From positions 328,414,001 to 328,478,000 of the forward strand of contig OZ024742.1 of assembly GCA_964016885.1 (NCBI GenBank): a stretch of DNA of 64,000 nt, written 5' to 3'. The translations under genes and the position numbers were made by a program. How positions within the stretch are numbered: position 1 is the stretch's first letter; each line of letters starts with the position of its first letter. The notes below the pieces were generated by a model. It made no database searches. It was not told the origin of the DNA and saw only the letters and a list, made by a program, of their open reading frames with translations. Origin of the DNA: Eledone cirrhosa. Its lineage: Eukaryota. Of the stretch, positions 27,959-40,205 are shown one piece after another.

Positions 27959-28003
27959 AATATTGGACTAGTTTCGATGTTGTTACATCTCATCAGCAAT
28001 ATT
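27959..28003 (-). ncRNA. Minimal type I hammerhead ribozyme, unit 1
   Basis: aatattg-CTGATGA-gatgt aaca acatc-GAAA-ctag-TC-caatatt; perfect 7-bp stem I, 5-bp stem II, palindromic ACTAGT stem III; GUC cleavage predicted between 27966 and 27965. Confidence 0.92.
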
Positions 28004-28423
28004 TACCTATCTTCCGGCTTCTCTAGAGAATCGTGAAAGCACATATCGTTATATGCTTTTTCTATGAAAATTAGTAGTGGGCAGACCAATTTGCATAGAG
28101 CGTGAGTACGTACCGGTTCAACGGAGACGATAAAAACAAATAACGAAACGAAATTAAATTTCGTTTCGTTTGTAACTCACTTTTGTATGACTGACGCTTA
28201 AACAATTAAGTTAAAAATGTACATCCACATATGTATACTGAAATACTAGTATGCATATGAATACACACACGTGTACATATGTAGATGTACCGAGTTTTCA
28301 CTGGTCACTTTACTGTGAGTGTCCAGCTATTCCGTATGTAGACACACAGACAAACCGGTTCTTAGAGTCATACTGGTTTTTGAGGAAACACCTTTCCTCT
28401 ATTCTCCAGAAAGCCAGACAAGG

Positions 28424-28468
28424 AATATTGGACTAGTTTCGATGTTGTTACATCTCATCAGCAATATT
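28424..28468 (-). ncRNA. Minimal type I hammerhead ribozyme, unit 2
   Basis: Identical to 27959-28003. Confidence 0.92.
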
Positions 28469-28888
28469 TACCTATCTTCCGGCTTCTCTAGAGAATCGTG
28501 AAAGCACATATCGTTATATGCTTTTTCTATGAAAATTAGTAGTGGGCAGACCAATTTGCATAGAGCGTGAGTACGTACCGGTTCAACGGAGACGATAAAA
28601 ACAAATAACGAAACGAAATTAAATTTCGTTTCGTTTGTAACTCACTTTTGTATGACTGACGCTTAAACAATTAAGTTAAAAATGTACATCCACATATGTA
28701 TACTGAAATACTAGTATGCATATGAATACACACACGTGTACATATGTAGATGTACCGAGTTTTCACTGGTCACTTTACTGTGAGTGTCCAGCTATTCCGT
28801 ATGTAGACACACAGACAAACCGGTTCTTAGAGTCATACTGGTTTTTGAGGAAACACCTTTCCTCTATTCTCCAGAAAGCCAGACAAGG

Positions 28889-28933
28889 AATATTGGACTA
28901 GTTTCGATGTTGTTACATCTCATCAGCAATATT
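28889..28933 (-). ncRNA. Minimal type I hammerhead ribozyme, unit 3
   Basis: Identical to 27959-28003. Confidence 0.92.
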
Positions 28934-29583
28934 TACCTATCTTCCGGCTTCTCTAGAGAATCGTGAAAGCACATATCGTTATATGCTTTTTCTATGAAAA
29001 TTAGTAGTGGGCAGACCAATTTGCATAGAGCGTGAGTACGTACCGGTTCAACGGAGACGATAAAAACAAATAACGAAACGAAATTAAATTTCGTTTCGTT
29101 TGTAACTCACTTTTGTATGACTGACGCTTAAACAATTAAGTTAAAAATGTACATCCACATATGTATACTGAAATACTAGTATGCATATGAATACATGGAT
29201 GTACATTTTTAACTTAATTGTTTAAGCGTCAGTCATTCTGGAATATACAGTGACTGATCGGTCAGATATACATATTAGCAGACTGCCTGATCAGTCAGAT
29301 CTGCATGTATATATGTATAATCATGGGTTGTAACAACAGTGATTTACTGTTGGTTGTACCAATATGAAATCTCGATCTATAGGGTGCATTGAGCCAATCA
29401 TCTGTGAAACGTACGTAACAGGTTGATAATCAATAGAGACATGCAGATGAACCTTCATAGCTTTTCATTAATATGTATGTTGACTTTGCCTTTCATCCTT
29501 ACGGGGTCGATAAAATAAAGTACCAGTAATGCACTGGGTAATTGCTGGCCTTGTGCCTAAAGTAGAAACAATTAATATGTATG

Positions 29584-30815
29584 TATAGGTTTGCACTAAA
29601 TTTAAGAGTACTGGGTTTTTTTTTTATATAAGATATGGTAATGTGTATTGGATGCGTGTAAATACTTGTTTCAACATGATTGATTGAATCAGGCGTGAGA
29701 TATTGCTGTTGTATGTAATGACGTGTTTGTTACGTGTGCGATACAGGGAAATGCCACGCAACGGTACGTGATCAAGTTTTATGTGAAACTCAACAAATCT
29801 ACCACCGAAACGTTTAGTTCTTTAACACAATCTTATAGCATCACACTCTATCGAGAACTAAGTGGGTTTTTATTTTTAGTGACACAAGTATTTCAAAGAG
29901 GGCTGAGAATACGTGGAAGATGAACTTCGTTCAGGAAGGCCAATCTTCTCAACAAATGAACAAAATGTGGAAGTGGTGCGAGTGGTGATGGGGAAAGATT
30001 ACTGATTAAGTGTTAGGATGATCGCAGAGCATTTGCACATGCGAAACATGTGTGCATAACTAATGTTTAAACAATTGTTTCTGGAACAAAAGGCGAATCG
30101 GTTGAAAATTTGCTAGGATTTATTAGAAAAATTTGAATTTGAACCAAATTACTTGGATAAAGTAATAACAGGAGATGGATCATGGGTTTTGGAATACGAT
30201 CCAGAGACAAAACTTTAAGAAGAGATACAATAAAAGAATCTCCTCGTCTGAAGAAAGCACGCGTGAGCAGATTCAGGGTGCAAAGGTTAATTATCATTTT
30301 AATCAACAGACGTAGTATTGTTCATAAAGAATTTATATCTCCCGAACAGAGTTAATCGCACTTTCTTCAAAGATGTCTTGTAATGATAATGGTCCAGTGA
30401 ATCCGAAAGGAGATTGAAGGAGACTGGGTACTTCACTATGATAACGCACCTGCCTACCCAGCACTTTCGATTACAGAATTTCTGCCGATGAAAAAACTTT
30501 CCAATATTCCACATTCTTCTTATAGCCCAGATATGGCTCCATGTGATTTCTACCTCTTCCCTAAGTTGAAATTGAAGTTGAATGGGTCGTCATTTGGGGT
30601 TTTTGGAAAACATACAAAAAAAAAAAGGAATTAATGAACTAAGTACACTCACATAAACTGACGCCCGGTACTGTTACGAACAATGGAAAAAATGCTGAAA
30701 CTACAGTGTGATTTCCCAAGAGTAGTATTTTGAAGAAGATAACTTATCATTTTTCTTCTACATCCAATATACATTCAAATCAGTGCCCACCCTTATATTT
30801 TGGACAAACCTCGTA
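29584..30815 (+). mobile_element. Decayed mariner transposon with transposase pseudogene
   Basis: QRYVIKFYVKLNKSTTET, VEDELRSGRP, ITGDGSWVLEYDPETK, HYDNAPAY, YSPDMAPCDFYLFPKLK; degenerate TIRs tataggtttg / caaacctcgta; ~1.23 kb. Confidence 0.9.
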
Positions 30816-30838
30816 TGAATAAATAAATAAATAAATAA

Positions 30839-30876
<38 letters not shown>

Positions 30877-31199
30877 ATGTGTGTGTGTGTGTGTGAGTGT
30901 GTGTGTGTGCGTATATTTATCGAAAATCAGTGGTCACTAGCTATGCTTCGGTATGTCTATCTTGGGACAAAATAAACAACAAAAACAGCAACAAAGGAAT
31001 CCGAATGTAAGTCCGAAGACAGATAGATTCATAGTTAGGAAAAATTCATTGTTTATATTTGATAGTGCTTAATGAAAATAAGGTAAAGCATTATTGTAAT
31101 TGATTTAAACGAATTTAAAATGAAATGATAGTGGGGAAACGGTCCATTATAACAGTGGATTTAAGATTCTTTACATAGATTAATGTAATCAAGATTTGT

Positions 31200-31520
31200 C
31201 ATTGGTTTCTGAGTTTGAGAATTAAGATTGAGTTGATCAGCTTTGCCATAGATTCCATTCGGAATATATTTAATGGTTTTCTTCTTTCTCGTCTGCAAGG
31301 CACCATTTTTCAGCGACCAACCGCTTGTTCAATGGTAGTTACTCTGAGTTAACATCTTTCGTGATACTATACATGTAGATGCTGAACAAAACGGGTAACA
31401 TGACATATCGCTGCCTCACCCCGCTTGCGATGTCAAACCGGTCTGTGAATCCCACTTATGTTGGGATTGTATTGACGCTGTTTTTGCAAGAAACTCAAAT
31501 GTTGTCAAACATTGAGCTAA
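31200..31520 (-). pseudogene. LINE (RTE-like) reverse transcriptase fragment
   Basis: TDRFDIASGVRQRYVMLPVLFSIYM matches RT motif GVRQG..LSP.LF.IY. Confidence 0.6.
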
Positions 31521-31587
31521 CCTATGACATTAGAGAGCTTTAGCACACTGGGGTGATTCTGATCTATCTACCTGAGTGTCTCACATA

Positions 31588-31654
<67 letters not shown>

Positions 31655-31657
<3 letters not shown>

Positions 31658-31826
31658 TCCTGGGTTCAATCGGGATTAACCACAAGGAAATCATCAGGAA
31701 AGCCCATCCTAATGATATCCTTCGAATGAAACAGTTCTAATCCTGTAGAAACCATTTCTATATACACTCTATTAATATATTTAGTACCTTACTTTCTGTG
31801 GTTAACCCTGATTGAACTCTGGACTC
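31655..31826. repeat. Small inverted-repeat insert between microsatellites
   Basis: gagtcctgggttcaatcgggattaaccaca / tgtggttaaccctgattgaactctggactc. Confidence 0.6.
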
Positions 31827-31866
31827 TCTCTCATTGTCTCTCCCCCTCTCTCTCTCTCACACACAC

Positions 31867-31914
<48 letters not shown>

Positions 31915-32043
31915 AAGAGTTCTATTTAAATTGTTGGGATACAACAAGCAAATATTTTTATAACTGATATAAAGCACTCAACAAATATTTACAGTAAAAA
32001 TACGATATTAACAAATGGAAACTATATTTATAAAACCATATTT

Positions 32044-32106
32044 ATTTCCTTATACATATTTCAAGGACACCAAGTCAAATTATGGTGTGCTTTCGTCAGA
32101 TAAAAT
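32044..32106 (-). ncRNA. Minimal type I hammerhead ribozyme (CTGACGA core)
   Basis: attttat-CTGACGA-aagcacacca...tggtgtcctt-GAAA-tatgta-TA-aggaaat. Confidence 0.7.
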
Positions 32107-32428
32107 ATAATATAGATCAGTTTTATAAATAAATATTGACATACCTTTAAAGATGCAACCATTACTGTTAGAGGCTCCCGGATAGTGGAGTTATAGCGTT
32201 AATTATTAGTATTGGATATTTTAAAAATAAGCCGTTGGGTTACGGACTTAAGTAATCCTGGCCTTTGAAGTTGTTTTTGAATTTGATGCTTTGGATGATA
32301 GACTTATTTATAAAATATCCAATACTAATAATTAACGCTATAACTCCACTATCCGGGAGCTTCCAACAGTAATGGTTGCATTCTTTAAGGGTATGTCAAT
32401 ATTTATTTATAAAACTGATCTATATTAT

Positions 32429-32491
32429 ATTTTATCTGATGAAAGCACACCATAATTTAACTTGGTGTCCTTGAAATATGTATAATGAAAT
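32429..32491 (+). ncRNA. Minimal type I hammerhead ribozyme
   Basis: attttat-CTGATGA-aagcacacca taatttaact tggtgtcctt-GAAA-tatgta-TA-atgaaat; 7-bp stem I, AUA site. Confidence 0.78.
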
Positions 32492-32531
32492 AAATATGGT
32501 TTTATAAATATAGTTTCCATTTGTTAATATC

Positions 32532-32608
<77 letters not shown>

Positions 32609-32751
32609 TAAGTACACATGGTGTTAACAAAAACTTATAAACAGCATTTCTTAGACTTAGATCAATAAGTTCGAGGTGTTTGTTTTGAAGCTGCTAATTA
32701 ATCCCCTGGCTGGACAACATCTATATAGAGGGAATACGTAATCCTCTAAAA

Positions 32752-34352
32752 CAGGCAAAACAAACTGAGAATCCTTCAAGGTCCGCATGGTTCACATATG
32801 TGTTGTCTGGTGGCTGCCCACGACAACTAATTGTGCACATTACAACTAATTAAAGTCATTTAATAAAATGTATTGCAGAAAAATATGTTACTTAAATTTA
32901 GAAATATATAATGCACATACAAATGTTTTAGCAGCATTCATAAATACAATGTAATGAAGTGGCTTGACAAAAAACTAACATTTTAAATGGCAACATATAC
33001 TTGCAGCTTGCAACAGCAACAAATCCATTGTACAAAAATTACAACAGTTCAAAACTGAACATTTATTTGCTACTAACTCAACTATTTTTAGTGTTGTGTC
33101 ATGAGGCTTGTCACCACTTTTTGTTGACAATTTTTGGTATGTCTGGCTTAAATCTCTGTACAGTTCCGACTTTGATAAAAGATTACAAGTGCTGGTCAGT
33201 CAACCTTCTTCTCTGAGAAGGTTTTGTTAATTTCATGCAGGAAAATAACTGTTCACACATAGGTAGAACCAAACATTGCCATAATGTTTGTGGCAAACTT
33301 TCTGAAGTTTTTTAACTTTTCAGGAAGGTACGAAAAGAAACTAGGTATCCCCACTTCAAGATACTTTGCTCTGACTGCATTTCCAATAGTTCCATCTGCA
33401 GGCTTTCTTCTGCCTTGGTAACATCAAAGGTGAATGGTGCTGAGAATAATGTAAACAGATTTTCAAAAGATGAGAAATCACAAAATATTTCCTGAAATTC
33501 CTTTGACAAAAATTCCAGTTAACTGCCACACATCGCGAAGCTAAGTACAGAATCAGTATTGACAGTGTTTTTCAGCTCTTTGCACGCAGGAAAATGAACT
33601 AAATTTTCATTTGTCAACTGTGACTTCCATAAGCTTAGTTTTCTAATGAAGCACTTGATGTCATCATAGAGCTAAGTGATGTCATTGTATGTCACTGGAC
33701 ATACAATTTCAACTGTTTTTACGAGGTATTGCTTTACAAAATCTCCTTCACTGTAAGATTTCCCACTCATGGCGATCATTCAGCTGAGTTCATAGCTTGC
33801 AGTAATTGAAGCGCCATTCTCTTCCTGAATTTACATAAAAGAGCTCTGTTGCTGTGTCAAGTTAGCCTGCAATTCCTTGTGACTTGAAACAAGCATTGGG
33901 TCTTCATATTTATCGTAAGATCGATGGTTTGTTTCATAATGCTTTTTCAAATTGTACTCTTTAGGCGTGGCGATGCAGTTGTTGCAAATTAAACAGTGTA
34001 TCTTTCCGTTCACCGTTGTGCAAAAATACTGTAATTCCCACTTTTCTTGAAACACTCGCCCTTCTTCGTTCAATTCCCTTTTCTCTTAGCTGGAGGAGCA
34101 CAAGCCATTTTGAAAGAAAAAACTTTTGAAATTTTGAAAGAAAGTTTTCGGTTTACAACTGTTAATGAACTGCGCGTGATTCGTCAGAAATTAAAAGTAT
34201 TTGACAAAAATCGGTAAAAAAAAACAAAAACAAAGCAATCGTGTCGAAATTTATTTTATTTTATATTACGAAGATAAAACATGCTCGCGCTGTAAAAACC
34301 TTTGTGCGGGCCGCAGGTGTACTTGCAAAGGGCCGCAAGTTTGACATGCCTG
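32752..34352 (-). mobile_element. Internally deleted hAT transposon (SPIN/OC1/Charlie-like; GTF2IRD2-like transposase)
   Basis: BED finger RVFQEKWELQYFCTTVNGKIHCLIC...KEYNLKKHYETNH; C-terminal LQMELLEMQ, MFGSTY, CEQLFSCMK; TIR caggcatgtcaaac; catalytic core missing. Confidence 0.88.
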
Positions 34353-34453
34353 GTTTAGATAGATGATAAACAAAACGAGAATGTAGTTTACGGAATACCC
34401 AAATGATATAGAAGTCGACCTTTTAAGAAGGAGCAATAACAATGTATTTAAAA

Positions 34454-34770
34454 TTTTGAAAGTAGGTTTATAAGTGTGAATTTTCAATGGATTTTCGTTT
34501 CTGTCTCTGTGGATTAGCGGTAGGTACTAAAGACGGTGGAGATCCTGGTCTTGGGTTCAATCCTGGTGAAGAGGTACAGTTAATCTTCTTCAGTTTTTAT
34601 TTTACATCCCATAGAAAAAAAAAACTGAAAAGGTTTGCTGGGAACACTACTCCCCACCAGGATCGAACTTCAGACCAGGATCACCACTGGGTATGATTCC
34701 TCCGACTTGGCCTCCGAGACAGCTACGAAAATATAATGAAAATTAATAATTATAAACCTACTTTCAAAAT
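34454..34770. repeat. Old inverted repeat with tRNA-like A/B boxes facing inward
   Basis: attttgaaagtaggtttataa / ttataaaacctactttcaaaat; gatcctggtcttgggttcaatcctggtg / caccaggatcgaacttcagaccaggatc. Confidence 0.55.
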
Positions 34771-35020
34771 CAAAATTAAAAAGCTGTGGAATCGTTCCTG
34801 GCTTTCCCAGAGCTATTTGTAATTTTCAGGGTCGACTTGTCAATCTTCTGGCTCTTTGGTATCAACCTTATCATTCCTATGGGTTTTTAACTGTTGAATT
34901 AATTTAATTTAATTATTTTAACAAACAAATAATATATATATTCCAATTATTATAAGTTTGAATCTAACTGACATGCAAAAACATATATAAGGTAAGCCTA
35001 AGTCATAGTAGATTCAAATA

Positions 35021-35138
<118 letters not shown>

Positions 35139-35507
35139 TAGATTTAGGTTCACAGCGAGGAGGTTTAGTTAAAATAAAAGCATCTACCACAACAGATAGC
35201 TGGACCTTTGCTTCATAGATCAGGAAACGTTTTTAGACATTTGAACAGAAACACAGAGAAGCAAAAGCCTTAAACAATTTATACATTCTGTCGTGACATT
35301 GATACCAATATAAATAAATAAATATGTTAATCTTTAATGAGAAACAATCTATTTGTGAACCACCCCAATATATTTTCTCTGCTTGATGACACCTATAAAT
35401 AAAGTTATTAAAGGAATTCCACACGTGGGCAGCCCATTGTTTTTTTACGAAGCAATTCATAAAGTATTCTTTAAGGTTATTTATGAATGACGTTTTGTTC
35501 TTTAGAG

Positions 35508-35678
35508 CAGGCAAGCTAAACATGCGGCACGAGGGCCGCATGCGGCTCTTTACAAGCACACCTGCGGTCCGCACAGAAAAAATAGTTGTAATGTGTGCAA
35601 TTAGTTGACATATGTGGCCCTCAGACAACACATATGTGACCTATGTGGTCCTTAGGGGATCTTCAGTTGACATGCCTG
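35508..35678 (+). mobile_element. hAT MITE derived from the same family as 32752-34352
   Basis: caggca...ttgacatgcctg TIRs; both halves match the ends of the larger hAT; flanks ctttagag / atctagac (NTCTAGAN-like). Confidence 0.8.
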
Positions 35679-35729
35679 ATCTAGACTATATTTTAACCTG
35701 TAATCCATGTTTCATTTCTGTCGCACCAC

Positions 35730-35937
35730 GAGGTAGTTCCACAACACATAGTTCACCATAACTAGAATATATGTTTCACCTTATGCAGATTTTCAGACCG
35801 AGCTGAAGATCTGCCTAAGGTGAAACATTTGTTCTCGGTATGGTGAACTAACTGCTGTGGAACTACCTCTACCAATCCCGTCCATTGGACTGAGTGCTCT
35901 ACTACTACGGATAATACACTCCAGTATTCTACTATTG
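35730..35937 (+). mobile_element. Solo pLTR with short inverted arm, same family as the 49.6-51.0 kb PLE ends
   Basis: Arms 35730-35796 / 35803-35869; tail ttggactgagtgctctactactacggata matches 50995-51045; ends in TA repeat. Confidence 0.8.
35797..35839 (+). ncRNA. Minimal type I hammerhead ribozyme
   Basis: accgag-CTGAAGA-tctgcctaaggt-GAAA-catttg-TT-ctcggt; perfect 6-bp stem I, weak stem II. Confidence 0.7.
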
Positions 35938-36253
35938 TATATATACATATATATATATATACTATAAAGTATGTCCATAGAATCATTTGATAATATATAT
36001 ACACCATTTCCTCTCCCAATTAGCATAATTAACCACACAAAAAAATCAATCAGACCAGGCTATAAGATTAAAAGGTACCTATGAAGAAATAGTAGATAAA
36101 TAAACGACAGCAATCTCTTCGCGGCCAACCGCCATAGAATATTTACCCAACATTTCAACAGCACGTGGAAATAGATTAAATATACCGTCAACCATACACA
36201 ATTAGGTATAAAATTAAAGTTAGAAGAAATGCATATACACATACCAGGAATAC

Positions 36254-36333
36254 GTTTCTACCAACGGGTTTCGCTCGCATTTGAAAATATCCTATTAAGG
36301 ATAAAATCTCGAGCTTCGAACTCATCAGGAAAC
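36254..36333 (-). ncRNA. Type I hammerhead ribozyme with long stem II
   Basis: gtttc-CTGATGA-gttcg...(atcct taat aggat)...cgagc-GAAA-cc cgtt gg-TA-gaaac; GUA site. Confidence 0.8.
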
Positions 36334-36559
36334 AAACTCGTTTGGACAAATGATTTTCTTAAGTGATCTCAGCCAGAAACGAATTGAAAATGGCAAAGAA
36401 TTGTGACGTGCTCAAGTTAGAAAGAATGTGATTGGTTGCTTACGGCGAGTGGGCTGATTGCTAGAAAGCGCAGCCCAATATTGCCCAAATTGCATCTCAA
36501 CCTTATGGGAGATTATTAAATATAAAGATTTACATATACACAAACTAGACAACGTCACG

Positions 36560-36854
<295 letters not shown>

Positions 36855-37717
36855 TGTGTGTGTGTGTGGGGGGGGGGTACGTATGTGTGGGTACGTATGT
36901 GTGTGTCTGTGTATGTGTGTGTATTCATATATAAGAACGTAAGAAATATATTTGTATTAATAATAACTCATATTTGAGAATTATGACAACTTTTACAAGG
37001 ATTGCAAATCGATATAAACTTAATAAACAAGATAGGGAGATCATAATTTGAAATATCAAATGGAAATGTTTGTCCACTTCATTGATGTTAAAAGTTCACT
37101 GTGACCTTTACCATAATAAAGGTCACTTCAACAAATTACTGGTTTTTTTTATTCTGTTTTTTTTTTAAACGTGAAACGTTTGAAAAGCAGACATTTTGTA
37201 CGTCATGTTGTGTCGAGTTTCCTGTTTGCTGAGTACTTTTGTATGTTCATTCTGCTAAGGACTGTGAATGGACAAATGTCGTTATCAAAATGGAGAGAAT
37301 AAAATTGAATGAAATTCGTTCTGCCAATCAAGGCCCTGAGTAGACTCCTGCCGTAGTTTTCTTTGCATTGCATCCTTTCGAGGTCAATAAATAAAATGGC
37401 AATCAAATACTAGGGTTAACGTTTCAAAGAAGGAGATAGCAAGGTTGAAAGAATGAAAGAGAATAAGAGAGTATCAAAACGAGAGCAATGAGATTAAGGG
37501 ATAAGTTTCAGGAAAACAGATTCAGAAAGCTGTGTTAAGTATCATAGAAAATAGCAATATTTAGATATGGCAAGATGGTGTACAGAGATTTGAATATTTG
37601 ACAATGTTGCATAAAGTATATATATATATATATATATACATATATGAATATATGTGTGTGTATGCATGCACACACACACACATACACACACACACATATA
37701 TATGTATATATATATAT

Positions 37718-37883
<166 letters not shown>

Positions 37884-38650
37884 GTGATTATGTATTTGAG
37901 TACCACCAGTACAGTTTTTATTCAATTTTCTCTGAGTTCCTGCAAGCGAAACACACAAATATTTTTTTAAATACATTATGAACAAAATATAGCGAATCAG
38001 ACGAAAATACCAAGCATTTTTTAGACCTCTAAATTCCTTCCACTAGACCATTTCACATTTATATTCTTATTTTCTTCCTGATTTTTCGCTAATTGCCTTT
38101 TATTTCTGATTATTATTATTATTATTATTATTATTAGATTTACCCACTAATCCGCCATGTTTCAATGACAGAAACTGCATCACATATTATCTGGTTACGT
38201 CATAGTTTTTTTTTTCTTTATTGTACGATTTGATTTCTCTTCGTTCATTTTAGCATTCTGTGCGATCTCTAGCATTCATTGAGACGAGAGAACGATAAAG
38301 GTTTCTTAGTGAAGTCAACTGAATTTAACATACTTAGGCTTTGATGTGATTACACACTTGAAGCTGAGAGTAGTTTTGACGACCAGCATCACCACCACAA
38401 CCACCAAGTCTATGATGAGTAAACTGTCATGCTGTTTGTTTTTAATATGTTGCTTAACTTTCTTTCCAATATTTCTTCGGTTTTCTTCTTTTCTTCGTTG
38501 AATTTCCCTCGTCTTTCTTTTCCCCTCGCACTTCTCACAACTTCTTCGCCATCTTCATCAGCAATATCGTTCTCATGAACATCATTATAATTATCCTGTA
38601 TTTCTGAGTGTGTATGTGTGTGGCTGTGTGTGTGACTCTGTGTGAGTGAT

Positions 38651-38688
<38 letters not shown>

Positions 38689-39870
38689 AGTGTATGTGTG
38701 CGTGTATGTGTGTTTGGTTGTGTCTGTGTGTGATGGTGGTGTGGTGGTGTGAGGGTTAACAAATGTGCATTCTGCCAGCTCATATGTACTTTTCCTTGAT
38801 ATACAATTTGTCCATGATAAGGCATATCAACACTCACATAGAGAAATATATATCGAACGAGAGAAAGGCAGGAAGGGAGAGGGTGAGAGAGGGAATGAGA
38901 GTTGGTGAGAGAGGAAATGAGAGTTGGCGAGAGAGAGAAATGTAAAGAAAGAGAATATCAGCATATATACGCAGAGGGATAGAGATATGTTACACACACA
39001 TAAACACACATATAAGTGAACATATATAATTATTGTAGAATGACAAGCGCATCCACAGAATCACAAGCAGCATTTAAACGGGGAATTATCGAGACAACCA
39101 TTTTTAAAAATAACCCGCATACCAAAAACAACACCAACACATTAAATAACATCGTGCAAATAAGTATATTATATGATTGTAATAAAATTATATATCTTTC
39201 TAGTCGAAGTTTATTGATTTATGGCAGTTATATATCTAACTCTTTATATCTTCACTCTCTTTTACTCACTTTCCCTGCCTGTACGTCAGTCTTTCTGAAC
39301 GTCTGCTTGGTTTCCATTTTTTTATTTCTTCTTTTATTTCTTGTCGTCTGCTCTTTGAAACGTCTCTTACAGCAACCGATTCTTTTCAGTAGAGAAGAGA
39401 AATTATGATAGCTCTGTGAATGCATTTTGCAAACCAATATGAAATTATGATAATTATTATTACAATTATTATTATTATTATTATTATTATTGTTGTTGTT
39501 GTTGTTATGTTCAATATCAATCATGATATTGCTTATATTATTTTTGATGGCATTTATATTTACTGACGTTTGAAAATAGGAAGATGTATTTATTTATTTA
39601 TATATTTTTTCATCGTTTGGTCAAAAGAACTTTAATCACAATACCAGACGATCCAACATAAATCCTTTTCCCACCATAGATTTTGTTGAATGAAGTTTCT
39701 CAAGTGTAAAATCTAATTTCTAATCATGTAGTCTATATTTCACTTTTCTTTTACCTTTATATAGTTTTCTTATTAAATTCTGTACAGCTTAAAGACTGGG
39801 TTGAAATAATCTTTTTGATCTGACGACATTTCACTTTTCATAACTTACCTTCCGCTTATTTTTATTTTTC

Positions 39871-39935
<65 letters not shown>

Positions 39936-40039
39936 CTACACACGCTTTTATGTGCATTTGTCTTGTTAGATATACGTTGATGTTTATACCTAATTTAGAT
40001 AATTTCTCACTCACTCTCTCTCCTCTCTCTCTCTGTCTA

Positions 40040-40087
<48 letters not shown>

Positions 40088-40143
40088 CAGAGAGAGAGAG
40101 AGAGAAGCAGCAACGTATATCTAGCAAGACAAATGTATGTAAA

Positions 40144-40205
<62 letters not shown>

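Larger units (their letters stand above)
27665..29195 (-). repeat. 465-bp tandem array (3 full units plus ~136 bp), retrozyme-like, one HHR per unit
   Basis: Units start at 27665, 28130, 28595 and 29060; no differences seen by eye; ORF-track translations identical at +465 offsets. Confidence 0.95.
32001..32534. mobile_element. Head-to-head inverted pLTR-type insert with HHRs
   Basis: ~230-bp arms (32001-32233, 32301-32534), ~67-bp spacer; right arm runs into (TA)n. Confidence 0.85.

Noticed and set aside
27786-28966. Repeated 60-61 aa ORFs in the 465-bp array
   Set aside because: Short, overlapping, no motif; the conserved signal is the minus-strand ribozyme
27665-29195. CRISPR-like or plain satellite interpretation of the array
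   Set aside because: No variable spacers, eukaryotic context; a ribozyme in each unit and a terminal inversion fit a retroelement better
38500-38570. tcatcagcaatat resembling the array ribozyme
   Set aside because: No stem II or correctly placed GAAA/NUH; lies in low-complexity purine/pyrimidine-biased sequence
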